DNA of 46,470 bases from an uncultured Rhodobiaceae bacterium (GTDB lineage: Bacteria > Pseudomonadota > Alphaproteobacteria > MED-G09), in the NCBI GenBank assembly GCA_913047775.1, contig CAJWUE010000003.1, forward strand, positions 1 through 46,470, in the 5' to 3' direction. Below are positions 1-10,654 of this stretch, piece by piece (within the stretch, counting starts at the first letter, position 1; the number at the start of each line of letters is the position of its first letter). The notes under the pieces were generated by a model that was given only the letters and a program-made list of their open reading frames with translations, had not been told where the DNA came from and ran no database searches. The position numbers and the translations under genes were made by a program.

Positions 1-1
1 A

Positions 2-640
2 GAATTTGGTTCTTGGCTATTTTTAGGAGAAATTTTTACAAATATAGAATTCTTAGAAAATAAAAAAGAAATGAATCATTGTGGCAGTTGTAATAAATGT
101 ATAAAAATCTGTCCAACTGATGCTTTTGATGATGAATATAAGATCAATCCAAGGAAATGTATTTCTTATCTAACAATTGAACATAAAAGTTCTATCCCTA
201 TAAAATATAGAAAACTTATGGGAAACAGAATCTACGGATGCGACGATTGTCTTGCGATTTGTCCATGGAACAAATTTGCTAAAGCTTCGAATGAACTTAA
301 ATTCCTACCAATGAATAGTTTAGATGATTTATATCTATCAAAATTATCTATGCTTGATGACAAAAAATTTAGAGAATTTTTTTCTAGAAGTCCAATCAAG
401 AGGGTAGGAAGGGATAGGTTTGTCAGGAATGTCATGATTGCCATAGGTAACTCTAAATCTAAGAAATTAGTAAAATATGCTTTAAAAAATTTATACGATG
501 AATCACCTCTTGTCAGGGGAGCGTCTGTCTGGGCAATAAAAGAAATACTAGATGGAAAAGAATTACAAAAAGTAAAAAATAGATCCTTAGATTGGGAAAA
601 AAATATGAATGTCATATACGAATGGGATACAGATTCTTAA
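2..640 (+). CDS. queG: tRNA epoxyqueuosine(34) reductase, 5'-truncated by the window edge
   Basis: Frame is open from nt 2 (EFGSWLFLGEIFT...). 4Fe-4S motifs CGSCNKCIKICPT and CISYLTIE, IYGCDDCLAICPWN, and a C-terminal HEAT-like RNVMIAIGN. Confidence 0.95.
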   Translation, partial: EFGSWLFLGEIFTNIEFLENKKEMNHCGSCNKCIKICPTDAFDDEYKINPRKCISYLTIEHKSSIPIKYRKLMGNRIYGCDDCLAICPWNKFAKASNELKFLPMNSLDDLYLSKLSMLDDKKFREFFSRSPIKRVGRDRFVRNVMIAIGNSKSKKLVKYALKNLYDESPLVRGASVWAIKEILDGKELQKVKNRSLDWEKNMNVIYEWDTDS

Positions 641-660
641 TACTAATAAAAACTTTCTTA

Positions 661-1419
661 TTAATTGTTGATTAAGTCTTCAATATTTGAAAAAAGTAAC
701 CTCATATCACTCTGTCTCGACAAACTGTGATCAGCATCCTTTATAAGTAATGTTTTAATGTTCTGGGATTTAATTCTGCGACCAATATCTAAAGATAACT
801 GCCAAGGGACCGCTTCGTCCAACATTCCATGAATTATTCTTACAGGAAAATTAACTTTTATTCTATCGTTAAGGAGTAAGTGATTTCTTCCGTCAATTAT
901 TAATTTTTCCGTTATAATATAGTTCGAATCATATTTTTTAGAATATCTTTTGACACTACCATGGCTTTCTAATTCAATTTTCTCAATAGAAGTGAATTCG
1001 TCCCACATTAGTCTTTCTGTCATGTCAACAGCCGGAGCTAGTAAAATTATTCCTTTAATTCTCTTCTTCCTTTGCAAAGAACAAAGTAGAGCCAGCCAAG
1101 CGCCCATAGAGGATCCCACTAATATGAGATGCCCATTGCATATATTGTCAATAACAGAGAGCCCATTTTCTAACCATTTCGATATTATGCCATCTTCAAT
1201 ATCTCCTGAAGATTTTCCGTGACCAAAATAATCAAATTTACAAAAATTAATATTATTTTGTTGGGCATAAGAAGATAATTTTGAGACTTTCGTACCATTC
1301 ATATCGGAATTTAGACCACTAAACCAAATTATCCCTAAGTTATTTTTAGGGTAAGAATGATTTATATAGGCTATAAAATCATCTTCAGAGTCATACAATT
1401 TGTTATAAGATATATTCAT
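661..1419 (-). CDS. Alpha/beta hydrolase (ABHD10-like serine hydrolase)
   Basis: FDYFGHGKS, nucleophile elbow GSSMG, IIHGMLD and DADH triad residues. Confidence 0.9.
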   Translation of the reverse strand: MNISYNKLYDSEDDFIAYINHSYPKNNLGIIWFSGLNSDMNGTKVSKLSSYAQQNNINFCKFDYFGHGKSSGDIEDGIISKWLENGLSVIDNICNGHLILVGSSMGAWLALLCSLQRKKRIKGIILLAPAVDMTERLMWDEFTSIEKIELESHGSVKRYSKKYDSNYIITEKLIIDGRNHLLLNDRIKVNFPVRIIHGMLDEAVPWQLSLDIGRRIKSQNIKTLLIKDADHSLSRQSDMRLLFSNIEDLINN

Positions 1420-1430
1420 GGGTTTTTTTA

Positions 1431-2606
1431 ATGTCAGACCAAAATATTAATAAAGAAAAAATTATTATACAAATTATTCCAAATATGGAAATAGGTGGGG
1501 CAGAAAATTCTGTAATTGAAACTTCCTCATATTTGAAAAAAAATAACTTTAGACCTCTCGTCTTAACTACTGGTGGAAAATTGATAGAAAAACTTAATTT
1601 ATTGGGTATAACAGTTATTAAGGAAAAGATTGATAAAAGGAATATATTTACTATTGTCAGAAATATTTTTCTATTCAAAAGAATCTTTAAGGAAAAACAA
1701 GTTGAATTGGTACACGCAAGATCCAGAGCACCTGCCTGGTCTGCATATTTTGCTGCAAAAAGTCTTGGCATACCTTTTATTGCTACATGGCATGGTCATG
1801 CCGAAACCAGATCATACTTAAAGAGAATATATAATTCGGTTCTTATTAGGGGAGATGCGGTGATTGCAAATTCACAATACACCACAAATAATATTAAAAA
1901 GAACTACAAAATAGATTCGGATAAAATTATTACTATACCTAGAGGAGTAGACTACAATGATTATAACCAAGAACTATTTTCTAAAAATTCAATAAAAAAA
2001 CAAAGAGATGATTGGCTAGCGGAAGATACGGATATAATTCTCTTATTGCCGGCAAGATTTTCTAAATGGAAAGGACATAAAATTGCTTTAAAAGCTTTAT
2101 CAGAACTAAAAAGAAGAGGGTTAGGAAATAATCTCTTATTAATTTTTATCGGAAATTCAAATAGAGCAAAGAAATATTTAAGCAATCTAGATAAAGCAGC
2201 TATAAAATTAGGCATAAAATCGCAAATTAAAATCTTCGGTTCGTCAAATAATATGCCACTTGCGTATCAAGCATGCGACATCGTTTTGTATCCATCTACA
2301 AGACCCGAACCTTTTGGAAGAGTGCCGATTGAAGCTCAAGCCGCTGGTAAACCAATAATAGCATCTAATCATGGGGGGGTAAAAGAAACAATTATAGATG
2401 GTGTTAACTCAACAGGTTTTAAGGTAAAAGCAAACGATCATCTTGACCTTGCCGAAAAAATAAACTTGATAGTAAACAGTGACAAAAAGAATAAAAACGA
2501 TTTGAAAGAAAGAGCTATCAACAACATTAAAGATAATTTTTCCTTAAACCATATGTGCAAAAAAACGCTTGATGTTTACAAAAGAATATTAAATGTTTCA
2601 AACTGA
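1431..2606 (+). CDS. Glycosyltransferase family 4 (probably LPS/surface glycan)
   Basis: GGAE, HARSRAPAWS, TWHG and the EPFGRVPIEAQAAG ExxxxxxxE motif. Confidence 0.9.
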   Translation: MSDQNINKEKIIIQIIPNMEIGGAENSVIETSSYLKKNNFRPLVLTTGGKLIEKLNLLGITVIKEKIDKRNIFTIVRNIFLFKRIFKEKQVELVHARSRAPAWSAYFAAKSLGIPFIATWHGHAETRSYLKRIYNSVLIRGDAVIANSQYTTNNIKKNYKIDSDKIITIPRGVDYNDYNQELFSKNSIKKQRDDWLAEDTDIILLLPARFSKWKGHKIALKALSELKRRGLGNNLLLIFIGNSNRAKKYLSNLDKAAIKLGIKSQIKIFGSSNNMPLAYQACDIVLYPSTRPEPFGRVPIEAQAAGKPIIASNHGGVKETIIDGVNSTGFKVKANDHLDLAEKINLIVNSDKKNKNDLKERAINNIKDNFSLNHMCKKTLDVYKRILNVSN

Positions 2607-2610
2607 AAAA

Positions 2611-2640
2611 CTTGACATCATAATCCTCACAAGCAATCTT
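2611..2640 (+). promoter_or_regulatory. Putative sigma70 promoter of infC
   Basis: CTTGACA at 2611-2617 with a weak -10 (CAATCT/AATCTT) 16-17 nt downstream, ahead of SD AGGAG at 2661-2665. Confidence 0.45.
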
Positions 2641-2673
2641 TAAAAAAGTGAATTTTAAAAAGGAGATAATTCT

Positions 2674-3210
2674 ATAATAAAACAAATAACTAGATCCTCG
2701 TCTTCGTCTAAAGGCCCAAGAGTCAATAATCAAATAGAGGCAAGTGAAGTATTGTTAATTGATGCTTCTGGCGAAAAAAAAGGAGTTGTTCCAATTGATA
2801 AAGCGATTTCAATAGCACTGGGTGAGGGGTTGGATTTGGTAGAAATTTCTCCAAAATCAAATCCACCAGTATGCAAGATTATCGATTACGGAAAATACAA
2901 ATATCAAAACCAGAAAAGGGCAAACGAAGCAAAGAAAAAACAGAAGAATATTGATGTTAAAGAAATAAAGTTTAGACCCAACATTGACACTCACGATTAT
3001 CAGGTAAAAATGCGGAGTGTTGAAAAATTCTTATCCGAAGGTGACAAAGTCAAAATAACCTTAAGATTTAGGGGGAGAGAAATGGTACATCAAGATAGAG
3101 GGGTATCATTGCTTGAAAAGGTTAGAGAAGAAATTGATACTATTGGTAAGGTTGAGCTTCTACCCAAAATGGAAGGCCGACAAATGGTAATGGTGCTAGC
3201 TCCTAAATAA
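2674..3210 (+). CDS. infC: Translation initiation factor IF-3, non-canonical ATA start
   Basis: IF3 motifs ([40 protein letters not shown]). The frame stays open upstream of the ORF-track TTG and includes the conserved PRVNNQI. SD AGGAG lies 8 nt before ATA 2674. Confidence 0.93.
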   Translation: MIKQITRSSSSSKGPRVNNQIEASEVLLIDASGEKKGVVPIDKAISIALGEGLDLVEISPKSNPPVCKIIDYGKYKYQNQKRANEAKKKQKNIDVKEIKFRPNIDTHDYQVKMRSVEKFLSEGDKVKITLRFRGREMVHQDRGVSLLEKVREEIDTIGKVELLPKMEGRQMVMVLAPK

Positions 3211-3246
3211 ATTACTTTTAGTTGAAAATATAACAAAAATATTATA

Positions 3247-3300
3247 AACCAACTCATTGGTTAGCCGGCGGGGTATGCCGTGTTAAATCAAAAAAGCTAA
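3247..3300 (+). promoter_or_regulatory. Candidate structured 5' leader of rpmI-rplT (possible L20 autoregulatory element)
   Basis: GC-rich island in an AT-rich spacer. Pairings: AACCAA/TTGGTT, TTAGC/GCTAA enclosing CGGC/GCCG. Confidence 0.45.
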
Positions 3301-3332
3301 AACTATTAAAAAAATATGAATAGGAGAGCAAA

Positions 3333-3530
3333 ATGCCCAAGATGAAAACTAAAAGTGGTGCAAAAAAACGTTTCAAGATAACCGGCTCTGGAAAAGTTAT
3401 TTCGGCAAAAACGGGAAAAAATCATGGAATGATTAAACGTACCCCAAAACAAAATCGCAATAATCGTGGTACTTCTGTTCTTTCAAAATCTGATAGCAGG
3501 ATAGTAAAGAAATTCCTGCCTTATTCATAA
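3333..3530 (+). CDS. rpmI: 50S ribosomal protein L35
   Basis: [21 protein letters not shown]; SD AGGAG upstream. Confidence 0.98.
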   Translation: MPKMKTKSGAKKRFKITGSGKVISAKTGKNHGMIKRTPKQNRNNRGTSVLSKSDSRIVKKFLPYS

Positions 3531-3542
3531 AAGGAGAGTGAA

Positions 3543-3899
3543 ATGGCACGAGTAAAAGGTGGTGCAGCAAGTCACGCTAGACATAGAAAGATTATTAAAA
3601 GTTCAAAAGGCTTCTTTGGTAGAAGGAAAAATACTTTTAGAGCCGCAAATCAAGCTGTGGAAAAAGCGGGTCAGTATGCCTACCGAGACAGAAAGGTTAA
3701 AAAAAGGAGCTTTCGTTCGCTTTGGATCCAAAGAATCAACGCTGCTGCAAGATTAAACGGTTTGAATTATGCCAAATTTATTGACGGATTAACTAAAGCA
3801 AATGTTGAGATAGATAGGAAACTCTTATCTGAAATAGCTGTGTCTGATCCTGATACCTTTAAAGATTTAGTTGATAAAGCCTCAGCGGCATTAAAATAA
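3543..3899 (+). CDS. rplT: 50S ribosomal protein L20
   Basis: MARVK..., [21 protein letters not shown]. Confidence 0.98.
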   Translation: MARVKGGAASHARHRKIIKSSKGFFGRRKNTFRAANQAVEKAGQYAYRDRKVKKRSFRSLWIQRINAAARLNGLNYAKFIDGLTKANVEIDRKLLSEIAVSDPDTFKDLVDKASAALK

Positions 3900-3954
3900 T
3901 AACTTATTTATGTTAGAATGTTAACTGATACAAGATTCGTATCTGGCGAGTAAT

Positions 3955-5040
3955 ATGGAAAATATTAAATCTATAGAAAATGAAATTATTTCAAAAATTG
4001 AAAAAGCTGATAATGAAAAAGCTCTTGAAGAAATTCGAATTTCTGAATTAGGGAAAAAGGGAAGAATCTCTAACATCCTTAAAAAGGTTGGTAGCTTAAG
4101 TCCTGATGAAAGAAAGGAAATTGGTTCATCTATCAACACTTTAAAAAAAATTATCACTGAAAAAATTCGTGAAAAAAGAGATTATCTTTTAAAAATTGAA
4201 ATAGACACGAAATTAATAAAAGAAAAAATTGATGTGACACTTCCGGCTCAAATAAAACAACAAAATAATGGAAGAATACACCCTGTATCTCAAGTTCTGG
4301 ATGAAATATCAGAAATCTTTGCATCCTTAGGATACGAAATTGCCGAAGGTCCGGATATAGAATATGAGTATTATAATTTTAATGCTCTTAATATTCCTGA
4401 CTGGCACCCGGCTAGACAAATGCATGATACCTTCTACCTTGATGAAAATGATAAGAAAAAGGGTCAATCAGTATTACGTACCCATACCAGCCCCGTTCAA
4501 GTAAGAACAATGGAAAAGGGGAAACCTCCTTTCAAATTTATATCACCTGGAAGAACTTATCGGTGTGATTCTGATCAAACACATACTCCTATGTTTCATC
4601 AAATTGAAGGGTTGGTCGTTAACGAAGAAATTAACCTTGGGCATCTTAAATGGACACTTGAGACTTTTCTATCGTCCTTCTTTGAAATTAATAATATAAA
4701 AATTCAATTAAGGCCGAGTTATTTCCCCTTTACCGAGCCTTCGTTGGAAGTGGACGTTTTATGTGACAGATCAGGATCAAAACTATTAATTGGAGAAGGC
4801 TCAGATTGGCTTGAAGTCGCTGGCGCTGGAATGGTTCACCCCAATGTGTTGAAAGCTTCCAATATAGATTCAAAGAAATATCAAGGATTTGCTTTTGGAT
4901 TTGGGCTAGATAGATTGGCCCAACTTAAATACGGCATTCCAGATTTACGAACATTTTTTAATGGCGATATTAGATGGTTAAAACATTATGGCTTTCTGGC
5001 TTTGGATATTCCAACATTGGCTAGAGGATTAAAGAAATGA
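3955..5040 (+). CDS. pheS: Phenylalanine-tRNA ligase alpha subunit
   Basis: HPARQMHDTF, LRTHTSPVQ, THTPMFHQIEG, YFPFTEPS, GFAFGFGLDR. Confidence 0.98.
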   Translation: MENIKSIENEIISKIEKADNEKALEEIRISELGKKGRISNILKKVGSLSPDERKEIGSSINTLKKIITEKIREKRDYLLKIEIDTKLIKEKIDVTLPAQIKQQNNGRIHPVSQVLDEISEIFASLGYEIAEGPDIEYEYYNFNALNIPDWHPARQMHDTFYLDENDKKKGQSVLRTHTSPVQVRTMEKGKPPFKFISPGRTYRCDSDQTHTPMFHQIEGLVVNEEINLGHLKWTLETFLSSFFEINNIKIQLRPSYFPFTEPSLEVDVLCDRSGSKLLIGEGSDWLEVAGAGMVHPNVLKASNIDSKKYQGFAFGFGLDRLAQLKYGIPDLRTFFNGDIRWLKHYGFLALDIPTLARGLKK

Positions 5041-7424
5041 AATTTACTTCTTCATGGTTGAAAGAACACTTAAATACGAATTCTTCGTTGGAAGAAATTT
5101 CTAATAATCTTACCAATATTGGACTTGAGGTAGAAAAAATATATGATCCCTCTTTAAAATTAAAAGATTTTATTGTTGCTAAGATCGTCTCAGTAGAAAG
5201 ACACCCTGACGCAGATAAATTAAGCTTATGCATGGTCGATATCGGAAAAGAAATTGTCCAAGTAGTTTGTGGTGCCCCCAATGCTAAGAAAAACTTAATC
5301 AGCATCTATGCGCCGATAGGGAGTGTAATCCCTGAAACAAAATTGAAAATCAAAAAAGTAAAAATAAGAGGTGTAGAGTCATTTGGTATGCTTTGTTCAG
5401 GAAAAGAACTAGGGCTCAATTCTCAAGAAGAAGGGATTATGGAGATAAATGAAAATCTTTCTCCGGGATCAAAAATTGTTAAAGCGCTAGATCTGAATGA
5501 TCCTGTCATAGAAATTGCCATTACTCCCAATAGATCCGATTGTTTAGGTGTATATGGAATTGCAAGAGATCTAGCTGCTAAGGGAGTTGGAAAATTAATT
5601 AAAAATGAAGTTCATGAAATTAAATCAACTAATGCTCAAATACCAGTATTTCTAGATTTCAAAAAAGAAAACGCATTTTGTTCAATTTTTTCTGGCCGAT
5701 TGATTGAAGGGATAGAAAATACAGAAAGTCCCATATGGCTAAAAAAGAAAATAGAAAAAATAGGACTTCGAAGTATTAATGCGATAGTCGACGTAACAAA
5801 TTTAATTACTATTGATATGTGCAGACCCTTACATGCCTATGATGCAGATAAAATTAAAGGGTCAATAGGCGCTAGACAGGCAAGAAAAGGGGAGAAAATT
5901 AAAACCCTAGATGGAAAAGAATACATTCTTGATGAAACAATTTGCGTGATTTCCGATACTGAAAAAGCGTTAGGGATTGGAGGAATTATCGGCGGTGATG
6001 AATCTGGATCCGAGGAAAACACTAAGAATATATTTTTAGAATCTGCTTATTTCGACCCAATAAATATTGCTGAAAGCGGTAGAAGATTAAATATTAATTC
6101 CGATGCAAGATACAGATTCGAGAGAGGAGTTGATCCTAACTTTGTAATAGAGGGACTTGAATTAGCTACAAAAATGATAGTGGAGATTTGTGGTGGAAAA
6201 CCAGGCAAGATTTCTTTAGAAAAGAATAAAAACTTTAAAAGCAAGTCGATTAAATTTAATAAAGATATGGTTAGAAAATTATCTGGTGTGAAAATTAATG
6301 AAAAAGAAATTAAAAGAATACTTTCGTCATTGGGTTTTTCTATAGACAAATCTTGGGTAGTTTCTGTTCCCACATGGAGGCATGATATAGATCAAGATGC
6401 CGACCTTGTTGAAGAAATTATAAGAATTTATGGCTTAGATAAAATTTCTTCAACCCCATTGTTGAATAACAATCAACCTTCAAAACCCATACTTACTAAA
6501 AGTCAAAAAGATACTAGAATGATAAGAAGAATACTAGCTTCCCGAGGGCTAATTGAAACAATTTCATATTCATTCGTCAATTCAGAATATCTGAGTTTTT
6601 TTGAGGGTTACAAAGACAAACTAACCCTAATAAATCCCATTTCAGAGGATTTGTCAGAAATGCGAACTACACCTTTGATATCCCTAATAGACTGCATCAA
6701 ACAAAATAATAACAGAGGTAATAATAATATAGGATTATTTGAAATTGGTCCTGGTTTCTATGGCGCTACTCCTGGAGAACAAAGCCTAATAGCATCAGGT
6801 GTAAGATCAGGAATTTATAAAACAAATGGAGTAGAAAAGCATTGGCAAGGCAATTCAAGTGTGGATGTATTTGACTCAAAAAGCGATTTAATGGCGGTTC
6901 TTGACCAAATAAATATATCTATCGATTCTGTTCGAATAGACACAAATACTCCAAATTGGTATCACCCGGGAAGATCTGGCAATATAATTTCTAAAGAAAA
7001 TAAGATTATTGGATCTTTTGGTGAGATTCACCCAATTATTATATCCAAATTTGAATTACCAATAATTTCTGCCTTTGAAATATTTATGGAAAATATCTTT
7101 ACAAAATCAAAAAAAGGACAAAAACTAAAGTCTGAATTTAAGCCAACAAATTTACCATCCGTCAAAAGAGATTTTTCATTTGATTTACCTCAATCAGTGA
7201 GTGCCGAAACACTCTTATCTGCGGTGAGATCTTGCGGTGAAGATATGATTGATGAAATAAAATTATTTGACCAATTTATAGAAAATGAAGAAAAAAAGTC
7301 TTTAGCTTTTGAAGTTACAATTAGACCTAAAATAAATACATTAACAGAAGATGAGATAGAAAAAATTTCTGTAAATATTATAAGCTCTGTTGAAAATGCT
7401 ACAGGCGGGAAATTACGTGGCTAA
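5037..7424 (+). CDS. pheT: Phenylalanine-tRNA ligase beta subunit
   Basis: MKFTSSWL, HPDADKL, VCGAPN, ITPNRSDC, RFERGVD, C-terminal RDFSF...LRG; ATGA overlap with pheS. Confidence 0.98.
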   Translation: MKFTSSWLKEHLNTNSSLEEISNNLTNIGLEVEKIYDPSLKLKDFIVAKIVSVERHPDADKLSLCMVDIGKEIVQVVCGAPNAKKNLISIYAPIGSVIPETKLKIKKVKIRGVESFGMLCSGKELGLNSQEEGIMEINENLSPGSKIVKALDLNDPVIEIAITPNRSDCLGVYGIARDLAAKGVGKLIKNEVHEIKSTNAQIPVFLDFKKENAFCSIFSGRLIEGIENTESPIWLKKKIEKIGLRSINAIVDVTNLITIDMCRPLHAYDADKIKGSIGARQARKGEKIKTLDGKEYILDETICVISDTEKALGIGGIIGGDESGSEENTKNIFLESAYFDPINIAESGRRLNINSDARYRFERGVDPNFVIEGLELATKMIVEICGGKPGKISLEKNKNFKSKSIKFNKDMVRKLSGVKINEKEIKRILSSLGFSIDKSWVVSVPTWRHDIDQDADLVEEIIRIYGLDKISSTPLLNNNQPSKPILTKSQKDTRMIRRILASRGLIETISYSFVNSEYLSFFEGYKDKLTLINPISEDLSEMRTTPLISLIDCIKQNNNRGNNNIGLFEIGPGFYGATPGEQSLIASGVRSGIYKTNGVEKHWQGNSSVDVFDSKSDLMAVLDQINISIDSVRIDTNTPNWYHPGRSGNIISKENKIIGSFGEIHPIIISKFELPIISAFEIFMENIFTKSKKGQKLKSEFKPTNLPSVKRDFSFDLPQSVSAETLLSAVRSCGEDMIDEIKLFDQFIENEEKKSLAFEVTIRPKINTLTEDEIEKISVNIISSVENATGGKLRG

Positions 7425-7437
7425 ATAATTAATTACT

Positions 7438-9252
7438 TTGAGTACAAAAGTGCAAGAAACTTCAAATATCCGCAATTTTGCAATTATAGCACATATCGAT
7501 CATGGCAAATCAACTTTGGCTGATAGACTGATTCAATTCTGTGGGGGTTTGGAAGAAAGAGAAATGAAAGAGCAGGTCCTTGATTCAATGGAAATAGAAA
7601 GGGAAAGAGGAATTACGATAAAAGCTCAAACAGTTAGACTCAATTTTAACAATAGAGATAATGAATTATTCCAATTAAACTTGATTGATACACCTGGACA
7701 CGTTGACTTTTCATATGAGGTTAGTAGATCACTTTCTGCATGTGAGGGTTCGATTCTAGTTGTTGACGCAACACAAGGAGTAGAAGCCCAAACCCTAGCG
7801 AACGTCTATCAAGCAATAAACCTCAATCACGAAATTATACCAATAATTAATAAAATCGATTTGCCAGCCGCCGATCCTGAAAAAATATGTAGGCAAATCG
7901 AGGACGTTATTGGGCTTGATGCTAGAGAGGCTTTAAAAGTCTCAGCTAAAACAGGAGAGGGAGTTGAAAAAATATTTGAAACAATTATTAATCGAATTCC
8001 AGCTCCCAAAGCAAAGAAGAATAATCCCGCCAAGGCACTTCTCGTAGATAGTTGGTATGATTCTTACCTTGGTGTTGTTGTTTTGGTAAGAGTTATTGAG
8101 GGGCAATTGTCAAAAGGACAGAAGATTAAAATGATGGGAACTAGAAGTTCTTACACAATAGATGAAGTTGGTATTTTCACTCCAAAAAAAATATCTGTTG
8201 CACAACTAAACCCTGGAGAAATTGGTTACATTATTGCAGGTATAAAAAATGTCTCTGATACTAAAGTTGGTGATACAATTACAGACAATCTGAAACCCTG
8301 TGAACAACCATTAAGAGGCTTTAAACCCTCTCAGCCTTCGGTTTTTTGCGGCCTTTTTCCAACCGACAGTAGTGAATTTGAGGATCTTAGAGATGCAATA
8401 GAAAAATTAAGCCTCAACGATTCAAGTTTTCATTATGAAACAGAAAACTCAGCTGCATTAGGTTTTGGTTTTAGATGTGGTTTTTTAGGTCTCTTGCATT
8501 TGGAAATTATTAGGGAAAGGATTGAAAGAGAGTTTGATATAGATTTAATTACTACCGCACCAAGTGTTATCTATAAAATACACTTAACAAATAACAAAAT
8601 TATTGATCTCCATAATCCTGCTGATTTGCCAGACGTTACAACTATCAAATATATCGAGGAGCCATGGATAAAAGCTACAATCTTAGTACCTGATGAATAT
8701 TTGGGCTCAATACTAAAATTATGCGAAGAAAGAAGAGGTAGCCAAACAGAACTAACCTATGTAGGCGGAAGGGCTATGGTTGAGTATAATCTTCCTTTAA
8801 ATGAAGTAGTTTTTGATTTTTATGATCGATTAAAATCCGTTTCAAGTGGATATGCTAGCTTCGATTGGCAATTTGAAAGTTATAAAAAAGAAAAATTGGT
8901 AAAAATTTCTGTACTTGTTAATCAGGAATCTGTGGATGCACTATCCATGATTGTTCATTCTGAACGATCAGCGTCGAGAGGAAGATCTATGTGCAAAAGA
9001 CTTAAAGATCTTATTCCACGTCATCAATTTAAAATTCCTATTCAAGCTGCTATAGGTGGGAAAATTATTGCAAGAGAAACAATTCCGCCCTTCAGAAAAG
9101 ATGTTACAGCTAAGCTTTATGGAGGAGATGTTACAAGAAAAATGAAGCTCTTAGAGAAACAAAAAAAGGGTAAAAAAAAGATGAGAGAATTTGGTCAAGT
9201 GAATATTCCTCAAGAAGCGTTTATTTCAGCTCTTAAATTCGATGATGATTAA
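7438..9252 (+). CDS. lepA: Elongation factor 4
   Basis: [50 protein letters not shown]; TTG start. Confidence 0.98.
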   Translation: MSTKVQETSNIRNFAIIAHIDHGKSTLADRLIQFCGGLEEREMKEQVLDSMEIERERGITIKAQTVRLNFNNRDNELFQLNLIDTPGHVDFSYEVSRSLSACEGSILVVDATQGVEAQTLANVYQAINLNHEIIPIINKIDLPAADPEKICRQIEDVIGLDAREALKVSAKTGEGVEKIFETIINRIPAPKAKKNNPAKALLVDSWYDSYLGVVVLVRVIEGQLSKGQKIKMMGTRSSYTIDEVGIFTPKKISVAQLNPGEIGYIIAGIKNVSDTKVGDTITDNLKPCEQPLRGFKPSQPSVFCGLFPTDSSEFEDLRDAIEKLSLNDSSFHYETENSAALGFGFRCGFLGLLHLEIIRERIEREFDIDLITTAPSVIYKIHLTNNKIIDLHNPADLPDVTTIKYIEEPWIKATILVPDEYLGSILKLCEERRGSQTELTYVGGRAMVEYNLPLNEVVFDFYDRLKSVSSGYASFDWQFESYKKEKLVKISVLVNQESVDALSMIVHSERSASRGRSMCKRLKDLIPRHQFKIPIQAAIGGKIIARETIPPFRKDVTAKLYGGDVTRKMKLLEKQKKGKKKMREFGQVNIPQEAFISALKFDDD

Positions 9253-9269
9253 TTTAAAATTAAAAAAAT

Positions 9270-9359
9270 GGAGGGGTGGCCGAGTGGTCGAAGGCGCACG
9301 CTTGGAAAGCGTGTAGGCGGGCAACTGTCTCGCGGGTTCGAATCCCGCTCCCTCCGCCA
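9270..9359 (+). tRNA. tRNA-Ser (GGA)
   Basis: GGAGGGG acceptor stem, anticodon arm CACGC-TTGGAAA-GCGTG, long variable arm, GTTCGAATC T-loop, encoded CCA. Confidence 0.97.
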
Positions 9360-9360
9360 T

Positions 9361-10521
9361 TTATTCCAGCAAAATCTTCATTAATTCTTGGGCAAATGTT
9401 ATAGAGGATTGTTTAACTAATTCACGGTCAGTCTCATCACCAACCTCGTATGTTACTGCAGGCACTTTGAACTTTGTAAAAATATAATTTTTTGAAACAC
9501 CATTATTTTCACTTAGACGAGGATCTACCGAAAATTGGTAATCCTCTAATAACTCTTTTGATCTGGATAACCAGGTTTTCGTAAAATTGGGTAACTTAGA
9601 TATTTCACTTTCGTGTTGAATATAGAACCTGTTATAAAATGTAGAATGGAAATCCAAGAAAAGAATTAATTGATCAGTGCTATAAAATTTTTCTAACTCA
9701 ACTTCAACCGCCTTAGTTTCTGGTTGAGTAAAAAACCCCCAATCGCGATTAAGATCTTTTTTACCTTTATTATGTCTCCAGTGACCATTCTCCACTCCAT
9801 CCGGATTTAAAAACGGTAATATTAATATATTGTAATTGTCTAAAAATTTTTGCGAAAGTTCTCCTTGAGAAAAAATTGAAGAAACAAAACTCGTGAGAGC
9901 AATAGCACCACTCACTTCAGGAGGATGCTGGCGTCCAACCAACAGAATGTATGGGTTTTCCCTATATTTTATAGCCTCTAATTTAATTATCTCCCTACCT
10001 TGTAAAGAATGACCAATTACCGATTTTTTTAATTTGTATGAAGAATCGAGACTTTCAATCCAATTATTGTACCAATTATAGGCAATTACTTCTTGTGCCG
10101 AAACATATACGGGTAAATTTGATGGCTTGAAAGAGATGACAGCTTTTTTATTATCTTCAAATATTTTAATATTGCTTTCGGAAATTCTTTTCCAATCAAC
10201 TAAGTCAAAACTTTTTTTTGGATTATATCTATGTTTACTTTCAGTGTAGTACAATTCCACAAAAATTTTTTCTTTATGCGGGCTCTTCCTAAAAGCAAAC
10301 CAGGGGCTAGGATTTTTTACTTCTTCATCTTCGGGAGAAATATAGAGACGTATATAATCTTTATTTATTACTTCACATTTACTTTGGGATCCTGAAGAAA
10401 AATTTGAATCAATAGAGAATAAGGCTGTAGAACAATTATGAGATTCTTTACCCGATGAGAAAGTAGTAAAGAAAATAAAAAATAAAAAAAACGAAAAGAT
10501 AATTTTTATTAAATAATACAT
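9361..10521 (-). CDS. Exported M14-family zinc carboxypeptidase (CCP/Nna1-like)
   Basis: Hydrophobic N-terminal signal; RQHPPE (HxxE), NPDG, DLNRDW, DFHS and YEVG motifs. Confidence 0.88.
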   Translation of the reverse strand: MYYLIKIIFSFFLFFIFFTTFSSGKESHNCSTALFSIDSNFSSGSQSKCEVINKDYIRLYISPEDEEVKNPSPWFAFRKSPHKEKIFVELYYTESKHRYNPKKSFDLVDWKRISESNIKIFEDNKKAVISFKPSNLPVYVSAQEVIAYNWYNNWIESLDSSYKLKKSVIGHSLQGREIIKLEAIKYRENPYILLVGRQHPPEVSGAIALTSFVSSIFSQGELSQKFLDNYNILILPFLNPDGVENGHWRHNKGKKDLNRDWGFFTQPETKAVEVELEKFYSTDQLILFLDFHSTFYNRFYIQHESEISKLPNFTKTWLSRSKELLEDYQFSVDPRLSENNGVSKNYIFTKFKVPAVTYEVGDETDRELVKQSSITFAQELMKILLE

Positions 10522-10654
10522 TGTCTAAATTATAACGACAAAACTAGTGTTAATAAAATATTAATAATAAAGATTTTTTTGATTTAATCATTATCGTTAA
10601 AAACGATACTATCTTTATAATAGAAAAAATTAGAAAGGAAGAGTTTTATAAAAA

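Noticed and set aside
3900-3954. pheM-type attenuator before pheS
   Set aside because: Only 55 nt, with no Phe-rich leader peptide or terminator hairpin.
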